Origin: the human T2T-CHM13v2.0 reference genome, Homo sapiens
Assembly (NCBI RefSeq): GCF_009914755.1
Contig: NC_060930.1
Strand: one strand, 5' to 3'
DNA length: 64,000 bases
The notes beneath the pieces are model-generated. The model saw nothing but the letters and a program-made list of their open reading frames with translations, was not told the DNA's origin and searched no databases. Position 1 is the first letter of the stretch. Each line of letters opens with the position of its first letter. This document shows, one piece after another, positions 36,021 to 55,446 of this stretch. The position numbers and the translations under genes are program-made.

Positions 36021-39000
36021 TGAGGACTTCTTAAAAGTGAATAGGATTTTTGTCTTCCTTTTGCCTTTGAATTTTTTATATTTGTTGTATATTGTTTCTA
36101 TTCTTGCTGTTTTTAGCATGTGAGAAGTTCTGATGGAATAGTATGAATAGTTATCTGTCTCCTCCCTGCCACTCAAAAGACAACACCAATTAGATAAGAT
36201 AGGGATTGGGACAGTCACTGTGACCTAATGCAACTGAGGCCCATCTAATCACTAAACATGTGAGTCAGATCGGCAGCAACATTTAGGAACATATTAACAG
36301 TTGTAGAGTCAGGTGAAAATCTGAGTTATGGTGAGTCTAGAAGTTTCCAAGTTTGGCCATGTGGAACTCTGAAGCCCAGGGGAGCAGCAGACTGGGAGGA
36401 TTTTTTTTTCGTCCAAGTTGTTGGTGACAGCATTGGCCACTGATCTCAGGTCCTCGTGTTCAGCAATACACACACACCTAGTAAGACAGAGATGGACTTT
36501 ACTGTTTTCTACAAGAATCTCATGGCAAGGACACTGCTCTCAACAGGTAAGGGTGACAAGAAGACACATAGGAAAGGAACAGACTATGTGCCTGGTCCTA
36601 TTTCACCCCTATTGGTGTTTCACAGACAGTATTCTAGGTGTCATGATTACAATGAACCTAAAATCATGGGAAATATAGAAAAATAGATTTTATTATTTAG
36701 TGTCTAGAGGGAAAGAGAGCTGATAGTAGCACATATGCTTTAAAAATTAGTTCTTCACCAATACTTTCTTATATTTTAGGGCAAGAAACTCATGTACCAA
36801 GCAAAAATGGGTAAATAATCCATGTAATCAAATATTTTCAGATAAATAAGGTTTATTTCTATGTGAAATAAAATATACTTTTGAACTATACTTTTAATTG
36901 AATTTTAAAATAAATTATACATATTTCTGTTTACATTTTATCTAGAACCTAGTAAACATAAGTAACGTGGTATATTTTACACAGAAAAAATGTGATAAAT
37001 TATTTAATTCTAAATTATCATTATAAAATTATCAGTTTCCATGTCAGTTATACCAAGCAGTGAATAGTAATGCCCTCAAAGGTGAGGCACTGTTTCAAAT
37101 TCTTTATTTCCATACTAAACGGCCTCAGATTGCTCCAGTATATGACTCTTTGTATTTTTTATAACTTTGTTTTATTCCCTCACTACTCAGAGATCAGATT
37201 TTACTAGCTCCTGCTTTCCTATTTGTTTTAGCAGTTATTAATCCATGCCTTGAAATTGTCTGCTTCTGATCTAAAACGAGGCCCTTGGCTTTTGAGAAAA
37301 CAGAGATCAGAGAACATGCAAGAATTTGAAAGGTTTACTGTAGTGCCTGGGATTTACAATACCCATTATTTCCATACCTAAAAAAAAATCTTATTTATGG
37401 ATTCTCAGTTATTTTCCAAGTGGTTCTAAATGATTAACATGAGTAGTTAGTGACCTCTAAATAAAAAGACTCCATGATGATGAGGAAAGAACAAAAAGGA
37501 AAGGACCGTGATGTGTATATTAGGAACTGAAAAGCCCTTTCAGACTAGCACTAAGGACGTATAAATACCCATCTCTCCAGCTGTATTCCCACACTGATAT
37601 ATAAAAATGAAATAAAACAATGGCCACCCAAACATTAGATTCTACTTCTAAAGATATGTAACTTAAAGTTCCTCCTCTGAGAGCTCTTCCTCTCATCCTA
37701 TCATTTCACTGTTCTCCAAGCACATGAGCAAAAAGACAGCTCTTGGCAGGCCTTTGTAAATATGTTTCTCCCCATATATTACATCACCCTCCAGGATTTA
37801 GCCTGTCTTCAGGTTATAAGAAATATTCTTTGGTGGAATCCCTACAGGTATGGGAAGTAGAAAATTTTTAAAAAACTAAACTTTGAACTGATTCTGAGCA
37901 GAAAGGCCCTTCTTGAAATTCTAGAGTCACAAAGCAGTAAAATAATATCCATGCTCCCTGTATTCCAGGGATTAACATGGTACATAAAACACTGCCCAAT
38001 GATTGGAGTGCATAGTTTTGCCTTCAGTTGTTAGTCTCTCATTTTAAGAAATGGTCAAAGTATATATTACTTTCCGGGCAAGAGTAGAATGTACCTAAAA
38101 CTCAAAAAAGGAATTTGCCTACAAATATAAAATCTTTCATATTTGACAACCCAAGATTGCTTTAAAAGAACACTAGCTCCCCAAAGTGATTTTTATGCTT
38201 ATTTAACTGTAGTTTGCAAACAGAAAAGGCACATGTTCTTCACAATGACAGAGCATAGCCCCAGCAAGAGGTCAAGGGCCAGGATTCAACTGAGATGTTC
38301 TGAGTCTACACACAGGGGGCTCAATTCTCCCTTCGGTTCATGAACTCATCATGGATTCCAAACTGGATCATAGCCAGTTTTTAATTGCACCCAAATGCAA
38401 ATCCGATGGGAATGCTATGAAGAAGTCAAAAAGTGATAACGAAGCTCGCTGACCAGTGTAGTAGGGTGAGAAATATTAGATTAAATCTCAAATAACAGAG
38501 AGATTAGAGAATATGCAGGTAGTTGATAGGCTAGAAACTTAAAAAGTTCCCAGATTTTAGAAGTTAGTTTCACTAATACTTGAGAGACTTCAGTCATGTC
38601 TGACTGAGAACCTATTGCACATTGCAGCTAAATACTCTTTTTAGTAGTTAAAAGCAGCCTAATCTTTCTTGTCTCTTAGTTGCCTTAAAACATCCAAGCA
38701 ATTTCCAATAATAAAAAAAAAAAAACTTAGCACTGAAGAAGCAAACTACCTCCCCCACTTTATCACAGCTTGCTCTCCCTATCAGAACATTATTGCTGGT
38801 ATTATTCTGGAATTCTATCTTAGATAATATCTGATTGATGTAGTTCTTTTTATTGAAATACAGAGCACTGATTATAATATACAGATTTCCAAAACCACCT
38901 AGGTAATTATAGGCCTGCATAACAAACTCTGTTCTTTATCCTCTCCAAAGGAAGTTTCATTATCCCAGTATTATCTTGCACACAGAGAAAAATTTCCTGA

Positions 39001-40899
39001 AGGTGACCTTTCTATAGGTGGTAACCATAGTAACAGATTTCCAGTCGCTAACACTCTGACACCACTTGTGCACTGCAAATATTATAGGGATGCTGAGGAT
39101 TGATGTTGAGGGTTACCCTCCAGAGACAGAAGCTGCATAAATACTTATCAATTTGAGAGAAAGATGTTAAAAGAAATTTAAAGCCATATTCCCTGCTCTC
39201 TTGCTAATCAGACAGGAATCTTCCTCCCCTCAAGATCTCAATAATATCTCACTTAGAGAATATCAAGGTAAAAATAAAAGATGTGGATCTTTAAGAGGAA
39301 CATGGAAAAAGAAAATTTGTTCCTTACATTACTCTTAAGTAGGACATTCAATGGATCAGGGTGAAAGACAAACACTCATTTGGGAGTCTATTCTTTGCTT
39401 TGAAGTACTTATGGAGTCCCCATGAGCTATAATGGGAGTTACATGCTCTCATCAATGGAGAACTGGCTTGGCAGTGTAAATCTAGGCAACTGTGGTTTCA
39501 GCACTTAATTCAGAAAGAGAAAACTTTCGAGGTACTAGGAAAGTTGGAAGGTACATCTGCTAACTAGAAGTCAGTGAAGAAAATATCAGAAAAGAGAATG
39601 AAAGTAGCTGGTCATTACAGGCCATATGAAAATCTAAGTACTCTTGATCCTTAAGTGGTGATTACACATCTTTCATACATAAGTAAAACACTGCACAGAG
39701 TCTCTGCTTCCCCCTAAAAAGTGGGTTCACTTAGACAGCTTGTTTCCCTATTTTTAAGAGATTCATTCATATTTTTAATAAGTTCATCTTTGAGCTTGTT
39801 GTATACTATTTAAGAACACTGAAATGTCTCATGTCTTTTGAGACATTTATTGATGATGCCAAGTAAATTTGACATTTAATAAAGATCTCTTAAAACCCCA
39901 GTTGTTATTCCATTTTTTTGCTACCTCTATACTTCCTGTCTGGGTCTTATTTGGTTTTTGCACTCTCTCAATTTGTCTATATGTTGTCATTTCCATCCTT
40001 AAAATTTAGCACAATTCAAGTTTTGCCCATCCTATAATTTATCAAGCTATAACTTGCTTTCTAAACCTTGATCACTATTGTGTCACAGACACTCTGATTT
40101 TTTTTTTTTAACTTCTTGCCTTTTAATATTATCTTTGAATATAGATGGTTTCAATTCTCCAGTAACAAGATGTAGAGTGGCCAAATGGTTTTTCATACAT
40201 GTTTCCCTAGTCCAGACACCCAAGAGTATGTCCCTTTCTTGGGCATAAGAAAACCTAGAGTTATATTTAGGGCATCATGTGTGGTGAATAGTTGACCGAG
40301 CTGGCATGCTCACAATGACCAAATTATGTTTGTCATATTTTAATCCAATACATTGATCTACTATGAACTTGTAAATAATGTATTTGCTTTCTAGACACAT
40401 TCCAGGAAAACTAGAGAAACTGACTTTTATCCATATGGAATAATCCACTGGCCAATTTCTTTTAGGACAGACCAAAGCTGATCTAGGACATAATCTTTAC
40501 ATACTTGGATCCTTCACATCAGACGACAAAGAACATCTGGGGTGAAAGGCTCCATTAGAAGAGCAATGTGGGATGGTGCTGTGCTGACAACTGGTAGTCC
40601 CTACCCTACATCTTTGTAGAGGACTGGAGCCCAGAGTATGCCATGGTCAACTTGCATGTTGAAGTGAAGACCTCATTCGAGGTGTGCATGTGCTTATTAC
40701 AGATATGCCACGGTGCTAAGTACCCCAGGACTACAGGAAAAAATAAGAATTGATGCTTTATCCATGATCATGAGGCACACAGGCCAGAGCGCCAACTGTG
40801 GAATTGCACAGCCTGGGTTCAAAGCCTGGCTGGGCCATGACCACCTGAATGACCTGAGGAATGGTCTCAGGCAAATTTGTAAAAAGTAGAGACCCTTCC

Positions 40900-41521
40900 T
40901 GCCAGGGCGGCATGTGGTAAGAGGCGCATCCAGTCAGGTCAGGGCACCGCGTCCTCTCTTTGGAAACCTGCGGAGCGAGGCTGGTGGCCCTTGAGGCCAC
41001 GGCAGCCATGGAGAAGGCAGGCCTGGCTCCAGGCAGCACAGAGGCACTGGAGAGGCCCCGGGGGAGCCTGGCGGGATCTGGCTGGTCCTGCGCTCTGCTT
41101 CCAGGTTCTGGCCCTGTAACCCAGGGGACAGGGCCGGCCAAGACAGGGCCACTGGGTGCCAGCCAGCACCTGGGCCAGGCGCCAGGTGGAAGGGCTCTGG
41201 CGGATCAGCCCCGCACCCCTAATAGCCCCACAGGGGGGCCCATCCAGGGCCACACACCTGCCCCCAGGAGCAGGACGTCCCTGAGGCTAGAGTCCAGCTG
41301 GAGCGGTGGAAGGGTCTCACCCTTTGCCCTTTGACTCCTCTTGTAGGCACCCTCGCTGGGCTCCTTAGCACTCCTCCACACCCTGGCTCTGTCATCAGCC
41401 CCATAGTGATGTCATAAACTCCCAGATGCCCAGTGTGCACCCGGCCACAGAGAAGTGGGTGACTTAGGAGTATCCTCTCCACTTCTGACCCTTAGTTTCG
41501 TCTGTGCACAACTCGCTCAAA
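40900..41521 (+). promoter_or_regulatory. GC-rich upstream region, putative promoter/5'UTR of the NPAP1-like ORF
   Basis: Abrupt GC rise; TGATGTCA at 41407-41414 is one CpG deamination away from a CRE (TGACGTCA). Function is inferred only. Confidence 0.35.
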
Positions 41522-42770
41522 ATGGGCAACTCATTAAGCGTATTTTGTTCCTGGTTCCGCCGCAGGTCCTGGCCACGCCATCGGCAACCTGCTCGTCTTG
41601 TCCGTGAGGCCTTCCCAGCTGGCCGGGCTCACCCCGCGGCTCCTGCACCCGTGCCTGCCCGGGGCATCTGGGGCCATTCCCCACTCCTCTTCAACCGTCA
41701 GCGACATCTTGGGCCTTCTTTTCCAGTCAGCTGGGACGGCGCCCTTATGAGGCTGTGTCTTATCCCTTGGAACACGGACACCCCACAGAGTCCTGCCTCC
41801 TGTAGTCTGGAGCGCCCCCTCAAGGAAGAAACCCGTGCTATCTGCTCGTAACTCCATGATGTTTGGACACCTCAGCCCCGTGAGGAACCCTCGTCTCAGA
41901 GGCAAGTTTAACCTTCAACTTCCTTCATTAGATGAGCAGGTGATCCCAACCAGGCTCCCGAAGATGGAGGTGAGGGCAGAAGAGCCCAAAGAAGCAACGG
42001 AGGTGAAAGACCAGGTAGAGACCCAGGGGCAGGAGGACAATAAAACGGGCCCCTGTAGCAATGGGAAAGCAGCCTCCACCTCTAGGCCCCTGGAGACTCA
42101 GGGAAACCTCACTTCCTCCTGGTACAATCCCAGGCCCTTGGAGGGAAATGTCCACCTCAAGAGCTTGACAGAAAAGAACCAGACTGACAAGGCCCAGGTG
42201 CATGCAGTGAGTTTCTACTCCAAGGGCCATGGAGTCACCAGTTCACACAGCCCTGCTGGAGGCATCCTTCCCTTTGGGAAGCCTGACCCACTTCCAGCAG
42301 TGCTCCCTGCCCCTGTTCCGGACTGCTCCCTGTGGCCAGAGAAGGCAGCCTTGAAGGTGCTGGGTAAAGACCACCTGCCTAGCTCTCCAGGCTTGCTGAT
42401 GGTGGGGGAGGACATGCAGCCCAAGGATCCTGCAGCTCTTAGATCAAGTAGGTCTTCTCCACCCAGAGCTGCCGGCCACAGGCCCCGCAAAAGAAAACTG
42501 TCGGGGCCACCGCTGCAGCTGCAACAGACCCCTCCCCTGCAACTGAGGTGGGATAGAGACGAGGGGCCCCCACCAGCTAAGCTTCCATGTCTATCTCCTG
42601 AGGCACTGTTGGTGGGTAAGGCTTCCCAAAGAGAAGGACGCCTCCAGCAGGGCAACATGCGTAAGAACGTGAGAGTGTTAAGTAGAACATCAAAATTCAG
42701 GAGACTAAGACAGCTGCTTAGGAGGAGAAAGAAGAGATGGCAGGGCAGGCGTGGTGGCTCACGCCTGTAA
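41522..42770 (+). pseudogene. Intronless NPAP1/POM121-related UPF0607-family gene copy with one frameshift near 41790
   Basis: MGNSLS...GRAH; VLPPVVWSAPSRKKPVLSARN..FGHLSPVR; SNGKAASTSRPLETQG; PLEGNVH; GKPDP; RKRKLS; WDRDEGPPPAKLPCLS are colinear with the recalled NPAP1 N-terminal region. Confidence 0.88.
41835..42770 (+). CDS. Open 311-codon frame (GTG start; first ATG at 41856 gives 304 aa), putative UPF0607 protein
   Basis: Uninterrupted ORF, Pro/Ser-rich, NLS-like RPRKRK, Arg-rich C-terminus; expression unknown. Confidence 0.55.
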   Translation: MLSARNSMMFGHLSPVRNPRLRGKFNLQLPSLDEQVIPTRLPKMEVRAEEPKEATEVKDQVETQGQEDNKTGPCSNGKAASTSRPLETQGNLTSSWYNPRPLEGNVHLKSLTEKNQTDKAQVHAVSFYSKGHGVTSSHSPAGGILPFGKPDPLPAVLPAPVPDCSLWPEKAALKVLGKDHLPSSPGLLMVGEDMQPKDPAALRSSRSSPPRAAGHRPRKRKLSGPPLQLQQTPPLQLRWDRDEGPPPAKLPCLSPEALLVGKASQREGRLQQGNMRKNVRVLSRTSKFRRLRQLLRRRKKRWQGRRGGSRL

Positions 42771-42825
42771 TCCAGCACTTTGGGAGGCCCAGGCGGATGG
42801 ATCAGGAGGTCAAGAGATTAAGACC
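42743..42825 (+). mobile_element. AluSc-like, 5' part (split by SVA2)
   Basis: ggcgtggtggctcacgcctgtaatccagcactttggg...gaggtcaagagattaagacc. Confidence 0.92.
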
Positions 42826-43563
42826 TGAGGAGCATCTCTGCCTGCACCATCTGGGAAGTGAGGAGCGCCTCTGCCCACCTGCTCCACCGTCTGGGAAGTG
42901 AGGAGCACCTCTGCCCAGCTGCCCCACCGTCTGGGCAGTGAAGAGCGCCTCTGCCCGGCCCCCGCCCTGTCTGGGAAGTGACGAGTGCCTCTGCCCAACC
43001 GCCTCACAGTCTGGGAAGTGAGAAGCGCCTCTACCCAGGCCCTGCCCCGTCTGGGCAGTGAGGAGTGCCTCTGCCCGGCCCCCTTACACTCTGGGAAGTG
43101 AGGAGCGCTTCTGCCTGGCCAGTGCCCTGTCTGGGAAGTGAGAAGCACCTCTGCCCAGCTGCCCACCATCTGGGAATTGAGGAGGAGCACTGCCTCTGCC
43201 CAGCCTCCACCCCATCTGGGAAGTGACAAGCAACTCTGCCCGGCCGCCTCACAGTATGGGAAGTGAGGAGCGCCTCTGCCCAGCTGCCGCCCTGTTTGGA
43301 AAGTAAGGAGCGCCTCTGCCTCGCCGCCGTCCTGTCTGCAAAGTGAGGAGTGCCTCTGCCCGGCCTCCTCACCGTCTGGGAAATGAGGAGCGCCTCTGCC
43401 TGGCCACCGTCCCATCTGGGAAGTGAGGAGTGCTTCTGCCCAGCCGCCACCCTGTCTGGAAAGTGAGGAACACCTCTGCCCGGCCCCCTCACCGTTTGTA
43501 AGGGAGGAGCACCTCTGCCCAGCCCCTGCACCATCTGGGAAGTGAGGAGCGTCTCTGCCCAGC
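42826..43563 (+). repeat. GC-rich VNTR, about 19 units of ~40 bp
   Basis: gtctgggaagtgaggagcgcctctgcccggccgcc... recurring every ~40 nt (42859, 42899, 42939...). Confidence 0.97.
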
Positions 43564-43640
43564 TGCTGTGCAACCTTCCAAGTGTGAAGTGACGGCCTTG
43601 TGTGTGATCTTTCTGCCCTCCCCAAGTTTGCATTTTCGAC

Positions 43641-43646
43641 ATTAAA
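43641..43646 (+). terminator. ATTAAA polyadenylation signal of the SVA2
   Basis: 15 nt upstream of the A7 tract at 43662-43668. Confidence 0.7.
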
Positions 43647-43651
43647 GTTTA

Positions 43652-44172
<521 letters not shown>

Positions 44173-44779
44173 TCACTGTTCAGCTTAGCTGCTGTCCAGA
44201 CAAATGTTTCTCAAAATTTGAGTCACCTATAGACCCAAGCAAAGGGAAGAAAAAAGAAAAAGACAAAAGAAAAATCTATGCATTTTAGTTTGTGAGATGC
44301 TGGTGTAAGGACTGTAAGCCCCATTCGAGGACAATGTCTTGTAAATTTTTAATTATCTCAGCAAAAAAAATTAGAAGTTTTATGTTTTGGAATGGCAAAA
44401 TAACTGAGATTAATATCACAATGGAGTTCAAATTTTCAAATTCTCATAAAACATATCAACATCCAAGAATATACCTACAGATATACCTGTCTTTGGATCT
44501 CAATGTGAGAAACAATAAACCAGGATAAATAGAAGTGTGGGGCCAAGATCAAGAGGAGGGCACAGTAACCTCTGGGTGTTAAGTAGAAAGGACAAACGGC
44601 CAATGAGAAAAGGATGGAGATAGCACAAAACTGGGAAGATCTACGATTGTAATCTCATGCCTGTCTCTTGACATGCTTGTATTTTTATGTTACAAACCAT
44701 CTTTCAACTTTCTTTTATTCTCATTCAAATGTTTTCAGTGTTTATTCAGCACTTATTTCAGTGAGAACATGTATTTAAT

Positions 44780-45130
44780 CTGGCATTCACTTATTCAATT
44801 AATTTTTATTGAGGGCCAACTGTGTGCCTGGCTAGGAGTAGAGGGTACAACCATGAAGAAGACAAAAAATCAAAACAGACACAGGGTTTTCTTTTATGGA
44901 TCCAGTGGGAGAGAAACATATCAGAAAGACAATAAAACAAAAAAAAATGTTTTCTTAAAGAGCATATTTAATTGGTATTAAAAGAAACATTAAAGGAACA
45001 ATGGGAATATGAGATGCAGGAAACCTAGCCTTGATTCAGGTTTCCTTGAGTCAGGGAATGCTTTCTTGAGGACGTGACATTTATGCATACACTTGAGGGG
45101 GTAAATAAGACAGTTGTAAGATTAGAAAAG
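44780..45130 (-). mobile_element. L2 fragment
   Basis: cattcacttattcaa...tttattgaggg...gtcagggaatgctttcttgaggacgtgacattt. Confidence 0.65.
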
Positions 45131-45149
45131 AAGGGAAGCTTCCCAAGAC

Positions 45150-45632
45150 ATAAAATGTTCTATTATAAAGACACATGCATGGGTATGTTCACTGCAGCAT
45201 TATTTACGATAGCCAAAACATAGAATCAACCTAAATGCCCAACAATAATAGACTGGATAAAGAAAATGTGGCACATATACACCATGGAATACTATGCAGC
45301 CATAAAAAAGGATGAGATCATGTCCTTTGCAGGAACATGGATGAAGCTGGAAGCCATTATCCTTAGTAAAGTAACAGAAACAAAAAAACCAATACCGCAT
45401 GTCCTCATTTTTAAGTGGAAGCTAAATGATAAGAACACATGAACGCACAGAGAGGAACACACACTAGGGCCTATCAGAGGGTGGAAGAGGGAAAAGATCA
45501 GGAAAAATCACTAGTGGGTACTAGGCTTAATGCCTGGGTGATGAAATAATCTGTACACCAAACCCCCATGACACAAGTTTACCTATATAACAAACCTGCA
45601 CATGTACCCCTGAACTTATTTTTTTAAAAAAG
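45150..45632 (+). mobile_element. Older L1PA (PA13-16-like) 3' end
   Basis: gggtactaggcttaatgcctgggtgatgaaataatctgtac...cacatgtacccctgaac. Confidence 0.88.
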
Positions 45633-46345
45633 AAATGTCAAGAAAGCCAACTGGATCAGAATGTGATGAGCAGAAACAGAAGCACAGGCAAATTTTAAAA
45701 GAAGACAGAGGCAAGAGGCAGGGTCCTGTGGGTCCCAATACAGAGTTTTCAAATTATCCTAACTGCAATGGGGAAGTGGATTAAGTCTTTTAACTGGTGA
45801 AGACCAGATCAAACTTGGGTTCCAGGAAGGCCCCTTGGCTTCTATGTAGGGTGTTGACATTCAAGGACATCTACCAAGTGGCGCCAAAGTTCCCTCTTAG
45901 ACTACCTCCCATGTACATAACACCTTTCCCTGGTTGACTACCACTAACTAAACATCCCCAAACCTCCTGCCTCTGTGCCTTTGCACATACTTATTCCCTG
46001 CCTATAATGCCTCTTTCCCATTCTCTCCTATTCATAGTCCAGTCATGATTTAGGACCTGTCGCCAGCATGCTTTTCTTCATAAATTCCTTCCATTTGGGT
46101 TGACTTTCGCTCTTCTTTTGATTCTCTCTCCTCTTATTCTATGGCACTTTTATATTCTGTTATGTTTTATAATTATTATGTACTTATCTCATTATACAGC
46201 TTTTTGAATAGGACGCGATGGCATTTGTGCATCCTCTAGAGCATCTTAGATGTATATTTATACATAAACTCAGATTCACTCAATGTAAAAGAACTTGTTT
46301 CTGTCTTTTATGAAGTTTGTTTTACCCTAATTCCTGGTTTTCTGA

Positions 46346-46651
<306 letters not shown>

Positions 46652-47789
46652 TCGTGCTTTTAAGTTACTTTGAAACTGTCATCTTCCCCTTCTTGTAATC
46701 CCAAATGTCTTCTTCAATCAACTTTAATGACCTCATTTCAAAATACTTTGGGTTTTTGTTATCGTTATTGTTCATTTGCCTAATAGGCCTTCTCTCAGTT
46801 TCCTCAGATATCCTGTGTATGTGCCGAACTAATGTCATTTCTGACATTCTTTGCTAGAGACCCTAATTCTGTCCTCCTGACTTCCATCCCTCTAAGATGT
46901 CTCTTGTCCACTGGAGCAGCTCCTCTGTGGAGGTGGTATCCTACCTCACCACTTGTCACCACCCATATCCTGTCTTACCGTGTGCGTGAGTCTCCCACTC
47001 CTATTTCACTTACACTCCCTTTGAGCTTTCCAATTAATCAGACATCATTTTTGCCAAGGCTACTCTTTATCTTCTCGCTTTTTCTTCTGAATCTCCCTTC
47101 TAATTTTTCACCCTATTCCCCTTTTCTCTCAATCATTTACTTCACTATTAAATGTCGCTAATGTTCCAATTTTTAAAACTTAGGGAAATTTACCACTTTA
47201 TCACTAAAAACAACAACAAAAAAATGCTTCTTGACATAGCTTGGTAGAATTAGGGTTAGTGTACAGAGAAATCTTTCCATTTAGCCTCTGAGTCCCTTCA
47301 ATTCTGAGGCTTTAACTGCTTAGCCCAATGGGGATGATGCCATATGATCCTTTACATCTGATCTATGAAGAAGGCCAAATGTCTTTCTGAAGTCACGCCA
47401 TGATTTCAGGTAGTTGTCACTGCCCAGTTCCGAGAGTTTGGTTTGGAACTCATAACTGCTACCACAATCATACAAAGACGGAGAAAAAGTACTCTCTCCA
47501 ATGGCTTCCCTTTACTGAATTATGAAAACTGAATGTTTATCCTGGCTTCAATGACAAAAGGGAGAACCATCAGAATCTTGCAATACTTGAGAGAGTTAGA
47601 AATTCATCACAAAATAAAATTTGACATTTCACTTCTGGAAAAATGAAATAGATATATTTTCCTTATTTATCCCACTAGGTACAACTAAAACTTTAGACAT
47701 GATATATATAAAACTAACATTTTTGAAAAACCCTCAAAGTTGGAGAAAAGAAAGCCTGACTGGCTATAGAACTTGGGACCGAAGGAACA

Positions 47790-48979
47790 ACAACAAAAAA
47801 AAATCTGTAAAAGTATCAAACTTCTAGCAAGACTGAAAACAAAACATAAATTACAAAAATTGGGAGTGAAACAGGAGCTATCACTATAGACACAAGAGAC
47901 TACAAAGGAATAGTAAAAATACCAATAACTCTCTCTATATAAATTTGATATCTTAGATGTAATGAACCAATTCCTCAAACACAAACTATCACAATTTACT
48001 TAATATAAAATAGTTCATTTCAATAGCCCTATAACTAATAAGGAAATTACATAAATAATTTTGAAACTCCTAAAAAAGACACTACCAAGCCCAGATGGTT
48101 TCACTGGATACTTCTTTGTAAAGCATAACACTAATTCTACACAATCTCTTCCACATAGAAGAGGGAATACTCCCCAGTTCATTATATGAACCTAGAATTT
48201 CTGTACCCCATAATGAGACAAAATACAAAAAGTGAAAATGATAAACCAATAGCCTTCAAGAATATAGGCGCAATATTTTTAACCAAAAAATATCAAATAG
48301 ACTTTGTAACATATATATAGAAAAATATACACTAGAGCTAAGAGTGGTTTATTCCAGACATGTAAGGTTAGCTTAATATTTGAAACAAATCAGTGAAATC
48401 CACTATATTAACAAAATAAAGGGTAAAATTCATGAGATTGATCAATACAGAAAAGGCATTTAATAAAATTCAGCACTTATTCATGATAAAAACTCTCAAA
48501 AAACGGAAACACCCTTAGCTTGATAAAGATCACTTCCAAAAGAAAAAAAAAAACATCTAATAGTAACATTATTCTTTTTTTTTTTTTTTTTTTTTTGAGA
48601 TAGAGTCTTGCTCTGTCACCCAGGCTGGAGTGCAGCGGTGCTATTTTGTCTCACTGCAATCTCTCCTCCCCTGGGTTCAAGTGATTCTCCTGCCTCAGCC
48701 TCCCCAGTAGCTGGGATTCAGGCATGTACCACCACACCCGACTAATTTTTGTATTTTTAGTAGAGATGGGGTTTCGCCATGTTGGCCAGGCTGGTCTCGA
48801 ACTCCTAACCTCAGGTGATCTGCCCGTCTCAGCCTCCCAAAGTTCTGAGATGACAGGCATGAGCCACCCCGCCTGGCCAATAACATTATTCTTAATGAGG
48901 AAAAACTTAAGCCCTTACCCAAATAGAGAATAAAGCAAGGATGTCCATTCTCATCACACTTATTCAATAGTGCTGAAAG
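47790..48979 (+). mobile_element. Old L1M ORF2, left part (host of the L1PB and an Alu)
   Basis: ccagatggtttcactgg; aaaaggcatttaataaaattcag; caaggatgtccattctcatcac. Confidence 0.8.
48575..48878 (-). mobile_element. AluSx
   Basis: acctcaggtgatctg; TSD taacattattctt. Confidence 0.93.
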
Positions 48980-55432
<6,453 letters not shown>

Positions 55433-55446
55433 AATAGTGCTCTAAG

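Noticed and set aside
39050-39630. Possible ancient ERVL pol remnant
   Set aside because: A few short motif echoes only; too weak to call.
39979-39998. atatgttgtcatttccatc as the left TSD partner of 44152-44172
   Set aside because: Needs a gap and three mismatches, and is not followed by a poly(T) tract.
40758-42778. Overlapping ORFs of 70-190 aa on both strands around the NPAP1-like gene
   Set aside because: Expected in GC-rich DNA or as shadows of the main ORF; no recognisable homology.
42810-43642. 271-aa and 203-aa - strand ORFs
   Set aside because: Translations of the stop-poor GC-rich VNTR; repetitive peptides typical of SVA-derived spurious ORFs.
44240-44275. A-rich tract as the poly(A) of a twin-primed or 3'-transduced version of the composite
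   Set aside because: No upstream poly(A) signal, and no matching TSD near 40.5-40.76 kb.
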